A program made the translations under genes and the position numbers. A model generated the notes under the pieces. It did no database searches. It had not been told where the DNA came from and was given only the letters and a program-made list of their open reading frames with translations. Of a stretch of 64,000 bases of DNA, positions 45,031 through 52,609 are shown one piece after another; position 1 is the first letter of the stretch; the number at the start of each line of letters is the position of its first letter. The stretch comes from Candidatus Omnitrophota bacterium (GTDB taxonomy: Bacteria > Omnitrophota > Gorgyraeia > Tantalellales > Tantalellaceae): the NCBI GenBank assembly GCA_024277375.1, contig JAJRVD010000027.1, positions 19,063 to 83,062 of the forward strand, in the 5' to 3' direction.

Positions 45031-45930
45031 ATGAAATTTTTTTTAACCTTTACAGTATGCGCGATATTCGCGATCTGTGCCTCTTTCTCAGGGCATGCTT
45101 TGCCGGAGAAAGTAAGTATCATTTCTTATGGAGGGGATGCCAAAGTTGTTTTCGCGGGCCAGACAGACTCTATCGCGTGTAAGCCGGGAATGCTTTTAGA
45201 GGCGGGAGCGCGTCTCATAACCGGCAAGAACTCTTTTATCGAAATAGCTTTTGATGAAAACGCGGACAATATCGTAAAAGTTGAAGAAGAAACAGAGGTT
45301 ATTATCAAATTGTCGGGTATAGACAAGATCGAACTTGTTGATGGTGAGATGTTCACGCTGTTACAGGCTTTGGATGGAAAAGAAACTTTTCAGGTTCGTA
45401 CGCCGTTCGCGACCTGTGGAGCCAGGGGAACCGGGTGGAGGACTAAAACAGATGGCAATACCACTGATGTGGCGGTTATCAGGGACAAAGTTTACATTCG
45501 CGGTATAAATAAAGACGGGTCTGACATGGAAAAGAAATTTTGGGTTAAGGAGGGTTTTGAGAGAAAGGTAAATAAATTTGAGCGTCCCGGAAAAACGCAA
45601 AAAATAGATAAGGTAAGGTTTTCTGGCATGGAAAAAGAGATCAAGGTTCTTCAAAAGACCAAAGACAAAAAAAGAGTCCTGCCTAAGGAACCGATAAGGA
45701 CGCTGGAGAATCCTATTGTGAATAAATTGGACGATACTATCGACAAGATGGATAGGATCGACAGAATAGTGGGCCGTCAGGAGAAAGTAGAGATTAGAGA
45801 AAGGATAGACGACAGAAGAGAAGGCTTCAGAGATATAAAGAGAGATAATGTTTTAGACCGTAAGAGTGACAACAAAGTAGTGAATATACGTTTACGGAAA
45901 CCGAAGCCCGATGGCGGAGGAAATCAATAA
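45031..45930 (+). CDS. Secreted FecR-domain protein paralogue with a K/R/D/E-rich C-terminal extension
   Basis: Signal peptide. Its FecR-like segment (…FQVRTPFATCGARGTGWRT) aligns with the 44013 paralogue over about 150 aa. An AAGGAGGG RBS precedes the ATG at 45031. The C-terminal 120 aa are highly charged. Confidence 0.6.
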   Translation: MKFFLTFTVCAIFAICASFSGHALPEKVSIISYGGDAKVVFAGQTDSIACKPGMLLEAGARLITGKNSFIEIAFDENADNIVKVEEETEVIIKLSGIDKIELVDGEMFTLLQALDGKETFQVRTPFATCGARGTGWRTKTDGNTTDVAVIRDKVYIRGINKDGSDMEKKFWVKEGFERKVNKFERPGKTQKIDKVRFSGMEKEIKVLQKTKDKKRVLPKEPIRTLENPIVNKLDDTIDKMDRIDRIVGRQEKVEIRERIDDRREGFRDIKRDNVLDRKSDNKVVNIRLRKPKPDGGGNQ

Positions 45931-46961
45931 TGCGAAGATATTTCCTCGGCACATGTGTCCTTTTTATAGCCTTAGCCTTCGGTGGGGTAAGATCTTTTGC
46001 CGTTGATGAACAGATAACGGATAGGTATCCTTCTACAAGCCAGCCTCCGGAGAAAATAAAAGAAGTTGAGGAAGATGTTCCTTTCGAGCGAAAGCTCACA
46101 GAAATTACCGGATTTGTAGATCTACAGCAGGGCTATGACAATAATGTTGATCTTAATTCACAAAGACACAAAGATGGATTTTTGCAGGGGACGGCAAATA
46201 TAGACGTCAAATATGAACAGGCGGATAATTTAAAGTTGCGTGCGGGGGTAGATCTCTTTGAAGCGATTTACTATAAGCACAATGTTAATAACCTGTTAGA
46301 TGTGTCTCCTTATGCTGGTTTTGATCTGGAGATAACGCCTGAGATCATTTCCCGTAATCGTGTTATGTTTGAATATTTTTCTTATCCGAACAAGAAGGAA
46401 AGTACGTTTTCCGGGATCGTCCTTACATCGTATCTAAGGCATTATATTTCAAGAACGTTATATCAGGAAGTCGGATATGAATATATTCGGAGGTGGTATC
46501 CTGATAAGAAGGTGGCTCTCCATGAAGCGCAAGAAGGAAATATTGACAGGGGTGACGAGCGATATAGAGTCAAGTATAACGTAGGGATGTATTCGGATCG
46601 TTTTTTTGTGCGACTGAGCAATGAGTTCGCCCGGAATAACTCGAATTATACGTATCAGGAATATTATGATTATTGGTACTACAGGGTTAAGCCGTCAATC
46701 ATGTATTTCTTTACGGAAAAATTATATACAGCGGTAGGCGTTATTTATAAACGCACGAAATACAAGGATCGGCGTAGTACCGACGATCCCACGAAGATAG
46801 TAATAGATAACACTGTCATATGCGATGCTACCCTGTATTACGATATTACTTCCGGTATGACGTTCGGCCTTACGTATGCTTATAGCGAAAATTTTTCTAA
46901 TGATCCATATCAGCAATATTCAGGCAGTGTGGTTTCCGGAGGGATCTACTACAGTTTCTAA
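45930..46961 (+). CDS. Putative outer-membrane beta-barrel protein
   Basis: A signal peptide (ALAFGGVRSFA) is present. The sequence alternates and is rich in aromatic and Tyr residues. The C-terminus ...GGIYYSF ends in Phe. The stop overlaps the start of the upstream gene. Confidence 0.45.
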   Translation: MRRYFLGTCVLFIALAFGGVRSFAVDEQITDRYPSTSQPPEKIKEVEEDVPFERKLTEITGFVDLQQGYDNNVDLNSQRHKDGFLQGTANIDVKYEQADNLKLRAGVDLFEAIYYKHNVNNLLDVSPYAGFDLEITPEIISRNRVMFEYFSYPNKKESTFSGIVLTSYLRHYISRTLYQEVGYEYIRRWYPDKKVALHEAQEGNIDRGDERYRVKYNVGMYSDRFFVRLSNEFARNNSNYTYQEYYDYWYYRVKPSIMYFFTEKLYTAVGVIYKRTKYKDRRSTDDPTKIVIDNTVICDATLYYDITSGMTFGLTYAYSENFSNDPYQQYSGSVVSGGIYYSF

Positions 46962-46963
46962 AT

Positions 46964-48880
46964 ATGTTTAAAGAGTTTGATAGAACGAAAGTATTTTATT
47001 TTTTATTAATAGCCTCTCTAGTGGGGTTATTCCTCTATTTTTCATATTCCAGAGCATTTGATGAATTTGAGAACAGTGCTATTGATTTCCGTTTAAAATT
47101 GCGTCCGCACCAGGATGTTAGTGATGATATAGTTATTATTGAGATTGGTGATGACTCTATAGAGAAACTGGGGAAATGGCCTTTTCCCCGTAATTATCAC
47201 GCCCTTCTTACAAACGCGCTAAAACATTCCGGGGTAAAGACCATAGTTTTTGATATATTTTTCAGTGAAGGCAAAAAAGAGGATGAAGAGTTTGCCAGGG
47301 CTATTAGAGAAGCCGGTAACGTATATATGCCTCATGTTTTTGAGTTGGATAGGGAGAATCCGGACAGATCACGTCTTTGTGCCACAGGTTTTGCCGCTCG
47401 TTTGATAGAAGTGTACAAAAAGCCCGCTAAGGGTGTTGGTTTTATTAATGTTGTTCCGGAGATCGATGGTAAGATCCGCAGAGTTCCCCCTTTTGTCGAA
47501 TATGAAGGTGTATACCATCCGCATATAACCGTTTTAGCTGTACTGAATAACTTGGGATATAGCTTCAGCGACGTCAAGATCATTCCTCAGAAAAGTTTTA
47601 TTGTCTCTGAGGATCTGGTTATCCCTTTGGACGAGAATTCTTCGATCCTGGTTAATTATCCGGATGTTTGGGGCAAAGCTTTTCGACACTATTCCTACAT
47701 AGATATATTGCAATCTTACCTGGCGGATGTAACAGGACAGGAACCCATCGTGGACTTAAGTGAACTGAAAGACACGGTTTGCTTTATAGGCCTTACAGCG
47801 ACAGCATCACCGGATGCTCATCCATCGCCGATGGAACCGCTTTATCCGGGAGTAGGGGTTCATACGAGTCTTTATAACAGTGTGTTGAATAAAAGTCTTT
47901 TAGTAAGATTGAACCGGTGGTGGAATCTTCTTATTCTGATTATGCTGTGGGTGCTTACGGCATTCGTTACATCAAGAAGTCGTAAAAGGTTTGTTATCCC
48001 TTTTATTGTTCTTCTTATGGTGTCCTTTGTCTCCGCGGCGGTACTGCTCTTTTGTTTCGCGGGTATATGGATAGATGTTTTTTATCCTGTTGTTACGGTA
48101 GCCGCCGTGTATGTTGTTTTCGCGTTCAAAAAATATGTGGGTGAAATACAAAAGCGTGAGATATTAGAGAAAGAACTGGATATCGCGAAAAATATACAAC
48201 AGAGTTTTCTCCCCAGAGAGATCCCGGAGGTGGGAGGCATTAAGATAGGCGTTGAAATGTTAACGGCACGTCAGGTAGGTGGGGATCTTTATGATATTGT
48301 GCAGCTTGACGAGGATAGACTTGGCGTTATGTTGGGCGATGTTTCGGGGAAGGGGGTTCCGGCGGCTCTTTATATGGCAAGGGTTGTAAGTGTTTTTAAA
48401 ACCTATGTAAGGAAAGGCGCCGTCGCCGAGGTCGTAAAAAAAGTAAATGAAAGGTTGGTTGACGAGGGCGGCAGTAATCTTTTTGTAACGTTGACGTATA
48501 TGGAGTTCAAGACAAAGACCAATACTGTAGACATGGCGATAGGAGGGCATTTGCCTACTATTGTTATAGGCCCGGATGGGAATGTGGAGCTTCTTAATGT
48601 TGAGGAAGGAATGCCTTTGGGGCTTATAAGCAGTGACTTTTCACAAATAACATATAAGTATAAACCCGGAAGCATCTTTGTGCTTTATACCGATGGTGTT
48701 ACCGAGGCGATGAACCTGAAAAAAGATATGTTTGAAGAAGAGCGTCTTGTAGAACTTTCTAAAACACTAAAAGGATGTTCGCCAGAAGAAGTTGTAAAAA
48801 CAATTCACAAGGCCGTAGATGACTTTGCTGGTAAGGCCAAGCAATTCGATGACATCACGGTGATGGCGATTAAAACGTAA
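46964..48880 (+). CDS. CHASE2 sensor domain - PP2C-type serine phosphatase (RsbU/SpoIIE-like)
   Basis: The N-terminal CHASE2 pattern is DDIVIIEIGDDSIEKLGKWPFPRNYHALLTNALKHSGVKTIVFDIFF. TM helices follow. The C-terminal PP2C signature is GDVSGKGVPAALYMA...DGVTEA. Confidence 0.8.
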   Translation: MFKEFDRTKVFYFLLIASLVGLFLYFSYSRAFDEFENSAIDFRLKLRPHQDVSDDIVIIEIGDDSIEKLGKWPFPRNYHALLTNALKHSGVKTIVFDIFFSEGKKEDEEFARAIREAGNVYMPHVFELDRENPDRSRLCATGFAARLIEVYKKPAKGVGFINVVPEIDGKIRRVPPFVEYEGVYHPHITVLAVLNNLGYSFSDVKIIPQKSFIVSEDLVIPLDENSSILVNYPDVWGKAFRHYSYIDILQSYLADVTGQEPIVDLSELKDTVCFIGLTATASPDAHPSPMEPLYPGVGVHTSLYNSVLNKSLLVRLNRWWNLLILIMLWVLTAFVTSRSRKRFVIPFIVLLMVSFVSAAVLLFCFAGIWIDVFYPVVTVAAVYVVFAFKKYVGEIQKREILEKELDIAKNIQQSFLPREIPEVGGIKIGVEMLTARQVGGDLYDIVQLDEDRLGVMLGDVSGKGVPAALYMARVVSVFKTYVRKGAVAEVVKKVNERLVDEGGSNLFVTLTYMEFKTKTNTVDMAIGGHLPTIVIGPDGNVELLNVEEGMPLGLISSDFSQITYKYKPGSIFVLYTDGVTEAMNLKKDMFEEERLVELSKTLKGCSPEEVVKTIHKAVDDFAGKAKQFDDITVMAIKT

Positions 48881-48931
48881 CCTGCTATATGTGCTGAGAT
48901 AAATATGTGGATGATGCTAAAACATGTGGAG

Positions 48932-49011
48932 AAATAGGGGACTGTGCCAAGCGGCGAAGCCGCGCGTGGACTGTCCCCTATTTCTCCCGAACTGCGCGCG
49001 GTACCCCTGCC
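48932..49011 (-). repeat. Family A-prime palindrome (inverted orientation) followed by the ccgaactgcgcgcggta motif
   Basis: ggggactgtgccaagcggcgaagccgcgcgtggactgtcccc is the reverse complement of the 32247-32292 copy at about 85% identity. The 17-nt motif is shared with 18121-18137. Confidence 0.55.
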
Positions 49012-49092
49012 AATACCTGAGAAGCATGAAGTAAAATAGAAGCGGGATCTGCCCGCGAACCAAAAAAGTGTCAAAATATCAAAAGGAAAAAT

Positions 49093-50721
49093 ATGAAGTT
49101 AGAATTAAAAAAATTAAATAATTTTACACCTCGGAAAGGGCCGCTTTTGCTTATAATTATGGATGGTGTGGGGATAGGGCCTGAAGATGAGTCCAATGCC
49201 GTCTATGTTGCTAAGACACCATGCCTGGATCGTTTGTTTAGCAGCGATTTGTACTCTACGCTACAAGCGCACGGTGTCGCGGTGGGGCTTCCGAGCGATG
49301 AAGATATGGGAAATAGCGAAGTCGGACATAATGCTTTGGGTGCGGGACGTGTTTTTGCTCAAGGCGCTAAAATGGTAAATAATGCCATAAGCGATGGGAC
49401 TATTTTTAAAACGGATATATGGAATAAATTGTCGAATAAAGGGGAAAATGATGGCGGTACGATCCATTTTATAGGGCTCTTGTCGGATGGCAATGTTCAT
49501 TCTCATATTGAACAGTTGTTCGCGATGATAAAACAGCTTGCCAATGACGGTGTTAGAAGTGTGCGTGTGCATGTGCTTTTGGATGGTAGAGATGTTTACG
49601 AGAAATCCGCGTTGACGCACATAGATAAGACAGAGGAAGTGCTTGTTAAGATACGTTCCGAGAAAGGATATGATTATAGGATAGCTTCAGGCGGCGGACG
49701 AATGGTGACGACAATGGATCGATATAGTGCTGATTGGAGTGTTGTGAAAAACGGATGGGACGCGCATGTGCTCGGCAAGGCACGTCGGTTCTCTTCAGCG
49801 CGCGAAGCGGTAGAGACGTATTATAACGAAGATCCTAAAGCGACCGATCAGTATTTGCCGACTTTTGTCGTCGAGGAGGATGATAAGCCCGTGGGTCCTA
49901 TTGTTGACGGGGATTCGGTGATATTTTTTAATTTTAGAGGTGATCGCGCGATCGAGATCTCTCGCGCGTTTGAAGAGAAAGATTTTTCTGAATTTGATCG
50001 AGAAAGGGTTCCTGATGTTCTTTATGTCGGGATGATGGAATATGACGGAGATCTGCATATCCCTGAACATTTTCTGGTAGATCCGCCGCAGATCGACCGT
50101 ACGCTTTCAGAATATCTGTGTTCAGCGAACGTTAGTATGTTCGCGATCTCTGAAACTCAAAAATTCGGACATGTGACTTATTTCTGGAACGGGAATAAAT
50201 CGGGATATATTTGTCCCGATATTGAAGAGTATATCGAGATCCCTTCGGATAAAATACGGTTTGATAAAGCGCCCGGGATGAAAGCGGCGGAAATCACGGA
50301 TAAGACCATAGAATTATTAAAAAGCGGTAAATTCCGCTTTGGACGTCTTAATTTCCCGAACGGGGATATGGTAGGGCATACGGCATCGGAAAAAGCCGTA
50401 ATAGAAGCGGTAGAGTCGGTAGATGCCTCTGTTCAAAGACTTCTGGATGTTATAAAAGAACTCGGCGGTGTTGCTCTAATTACGGCCGATCATGGGAATT
50501 CTGATGAGATGTTTACTATAAAGGATGGTAAACACATACCTAAAACGGCCCATACCCTTAATCCTGTGCCTTTTGTGATATATGATCCTGAGTACTCAGA
50601 GGAATATAAGATGCGGGATCTGTCCGAAAGAGGACTTTCTAATGTAGCGGGTACGATCCTCAACCTTCTGGGGTATGAGAATGTAGAAGATTATGATCCA
50701 TCGCTGGTGGAGCTTAAATAG
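49093..50721 (+). CDS. gpmI: 2,3-bisphosphoglycerate-independent phosphoglycerate mutase
   Basis: N-terminal LLIIMDGVGI is present. The metal-binding region contains TADHGN. 542 aa. Confidence 0.85.
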   Translation: MKLELKKLNNFTPRKGPLLLIIMDGVGIGPEDESNAVYVAKTPCLDRLFSSDLYSTLQAHGVAVGLPSDEDMGNSEVGHNALGAGRVFAQGAKMVNNAISDGTIFKTDIWNKLSNKGENDGGTIHFIGLLSDGNVHSHIEQLFAMIKQLANDGVRSVRVHVLLDGRDVYEKSALTHIDKTEEVLVKIRSEKGYDYRIASGGGRMVTTMDRYSADWSVVKNGWDAHVLGKARRFSSAREAVETYYNEDPKATDQYLPTFVVEEDDKPVGPIVDGDSVIFFNFRGDRAIEISRAFEEKDFSEFDRERVPDVLYVGMMEYDGDLHIPEHFLVDPPQIDRTLSEYLCSANVSMFAISETQKFGHVTYFWNGNKSGYICPDIEEYIEIPSDKIRFDKAPGMKAAEITDKTIELLKSGKFRFGRLNFPNGDMVGHTASEKAVIEAVESVDASVQRLLDVIKELGGVALITADHGNSDEMFTIKDGKHIPKTAHTLNPVPFVIYDPEYSEEYKMRDLSERGLSNVAGTILNLLGYENVEDYDPSLVELK

Positions 50722-50778
50722 TCTTGACTATTAGGCCTTAAAATAATACAATTATTCCTCTGATCTTTCGAATATAAA

Positions 50779-50865
50779 GCCGGAGTGGTGGAATTGGCAG
50801 ACGCGCTGGATTCAAAATCCAGTGAGGGCAACCTCATGTGGGTTCAAGTCCCACCTCCGGTACCA
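50779..50865 (+). tRNA. tRNA-Leu (anticodon CAA)
   Basis: A cloverleaf can be drawn by hand. Acceptor gccggag/ctccggt. Anticodon arm ctgga-ttCAAaa-tccag. Long variable arm. Encoded CCA. Confidence 0.8.
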
Positions 50866-51020
50866 AAATTCCTGAATAACAGGAATTTTGTGAACAGATA
50901 TCTTGAAAAACAGATATCTGTTCAGTTCGTTCGGCGCAAAACCATCGGAAATAAATTCCCGTGATTTTGCTTCTCGCGAACTTTTACCGGAATGGGGATC
51001 TTCTTGGTGGGGGCGCTTAA

Positions 51021-51043
51021 GGGATTTCCCACCTCCGGTACCA
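51021..51043 (+). other. Duplicated 3'-terminal fragment of tRNA-Leu(CAA)
   Basis: gggatttcccacctccggtacca; the last 17 nt are identical to the 3' end of the tRNA-Leu 160 bp upstream. This is a candidate att-type direct repeat or a decayed tandem tRNA. Confidence 0.5.
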
Positions 51044-51060
51044 GTTTGCATGAAATATGT

Positions 51061-51136
51061 GGGGCTGTAGCTCAGCTGGGAGAGCGCGTGCATGGCATGC
51101 ATGAGGTCAGGGGTTCGAGCCCCCTCAGCTCCACCA
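51061..51136 (+). tRNA. tRNA-Ala (anticodon GGC)
   Basis: ggggctgtagctcagctgggagagc...cgtgc-atGGCat-gcatg... Carries the G3:U70 identity pair. T arm aggggttcgagcccct. Encoded CCA. Confidence 0.8.
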
Positions 51137-51150
51137 TTTCAACAAAAAAG

Positions 51151-51192
51151 AGGGACTGTCCCGAGTGAGCGCAGCGAACGGGTGGACTGTTT
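51151..51192 (-). repeat. Family A-prime palindrome copy directly downstream of tRNA-Ala
   Basis: agggactgtcccgagtgagcgcagcgaacgggtggactgttt is related to 48932-48983. It may serve as a terminator for the tRNA pair. Confidence 0.5.
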
Positions 51193-51339
51193 AAAAATAT
51201 ACTTTTTTAGTCTGTTGTGGGCGTAAGTACGCGTTATTGGAATAGTTTACGAAGTTCAAGGGTTTTTACTCTGTTTTTTGTCTGCTTTGTATCATGTATC
51301 ACACAAAGTTCCCCTTGAACCGGACGCGAGATAACAAAA

Positions 51340-51759
51340 ATGGAGGGGAAAATGGATAAGACGAAAATGGAGGGGTTCGGACCGCATTTGATGCTGGACC
51401 TCAGACAATGTAATCAGGAAAAACTAAAAGACTATAGTCTTATATTTAATATTCTGCATGAGCTTCCCAAAAAGATCGGGATGACAAAAATAACTCAGCC
51501 GTATGTATTTCCGTATTCCGGCCTTGTTCCTGAAGATAAAGGCATAACGGGAACGGTGATCATAGCGGAAAGTCATATTTCAATACATACTTTTCAGGAG
51601 AAAGACTATTGTTTTGTAGATGTATTTTCCTGTAAGGAATTCTCCGTTGAATTCGCCGCGGAATACCTTATAAATGCTTTTGAATCAAAGGAATTCGATA
51701 AACACATAGTTCATAGGGGTAGATATTTTGCGATACATCCAGAACTTGAAAAAGTATAG
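51340..51759 (+). CDS. speH: S-adenosylmethionine decarboxylase proenzyme (SpeH type, pyruvoyl-dependent)
   Basis: GPHLMLDL and the self-cleavage site context IIAESHISIHTFQE (the E-S bond) are present. A second in-frame ATG at 51352 lies after GGAGGGG and may be the real start. Confidence 0.8.
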   Translation: MEGKMDKTKMEGFGPHLMLDLRQCNQEKLKDYSLIFNILHELPKKIGMTKITQPYVFPYSGLVPEDKGITGTVIIAESHISIHTFQEKDYCFVDVFSCKEFSVEFAAEYLINAFESKEFDKHIVHRGRYFAIHPELEKV

Positions 51760-52609
51760 AAACTTCGGAGATATTTCGGGATCATTAACAGAGCTGGATT
51801 CGGCACGAATAGTGATCTTGCCGATCCCTTATGATAAAACAAGTACATGGATCAAGGGGGCCGATAATGGCCCCCTTGCTATTTTAGAGGCCTCGCGCGC
51901 GCTTGAATTATACGACATTGAAACTGATTATGAGGTTTATAAACACGGTATATATACCTGTCAACCGATTGTAACCGATTCCTCGCCCGAGGAAATGGTG
52001 CGGGAGGTCAAAAAAACAGTGCTTGGCCTTTTAGAGGATGAGAAGTTCGTTGTTACTCTCGGCGGCGAACATTCGGTAAGTATAGGCGCGGCGCAGGCTT
52101 ATGCCGATCAGTTTGATGATATTTCCGTGCTTCAATTGGACGCTCATTCGGACCTGAGAGATGAATATGAGGGGAGCCGATATAATCATGCCTGCGCGAT
52201 GGCTAGAATTAGTGAAATAGCTCCAATAGCGCAAGTCGGAATAAGGAGTATGGATTCGTCCGAGAAAAGTAAATTGGATAGTAAGAATGTATTTTTCGCC
52301 AGGGACATATGCGGGAAAGACGATTGGATAGACAAAGCAGTTGGTTGCCTTAAGCCTAACGTATATGTTACTATAGACTTGGATATGTTCGATCCGTCCA
52401 TTATGCCGGCAACCGGTACCCCGGAACCCGGTGGTCTTGATTGGTATTCGGTATTACGCTTTTTAAAATCCCTTAGCGAAAATAAAAATGTAGTGGGGTT
52501 TGATATCGCCGAACTTTGTCCGATGAAAGACAATAAGATCTCGGACTTTACAGCGGCAAAGCTTGTGTATAAGTTTTTAAGTTATGTGTTTAAAACTAAG
52601 GGAAAATGA
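51728..52609 (+). CDS. speB: Agmatinase / arginase-family ureohydrolase
   Basis: Mn-binding motifs GGEHSVSIGA, DAHSDLRD and DLDMFDP are present. It overlaps speH, which suggests a polyamine operon. Confidence 0.8.
   Translation: MRYIQNLKKYRNFGDISGSLTELDSARIVILPIPYDKTSTWIKGADNGPLAILEASRALELYDIETDYEVYKHGIYTCQPIVTDSSPEEMVREVKKTVLGLLEDEKFVVTLGGEHSVSIGAAQAYADQFDDISVLQLDAHSDLRDEYEGSRYNHACAMARISEIAPIAQVGIRSMDSSEKSKLDSKNVFFARDICGKDDWIDKAVGCLKPNVYVTIDLDMFDPSIMPATGTPEPGGLDWYSVLRFLKSLSENKNVVGFDIAELCPMKDNKISDFTAAKLVYKFLSYVFKTKGK

Noticed and set aside
50812-51102. 96-aa minus-strand ORF
   Set aside because: It overlaps tRNA-Leu, the tRNA 3' fragment and tRNA-Ala on the opposite strand. Its translation is the antisense of tRNA sequence.
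51200-51339. Possible riboswitch/leader upstream of speH (contains inverted aagttcaagggt ... accggttcaagggg-like arms)
   Set aside because: Only a short imperfect inverted repeat is present. I cannot match it to any riboswitch consensus I know (for example the SAM classes) from memory, so no call is made.
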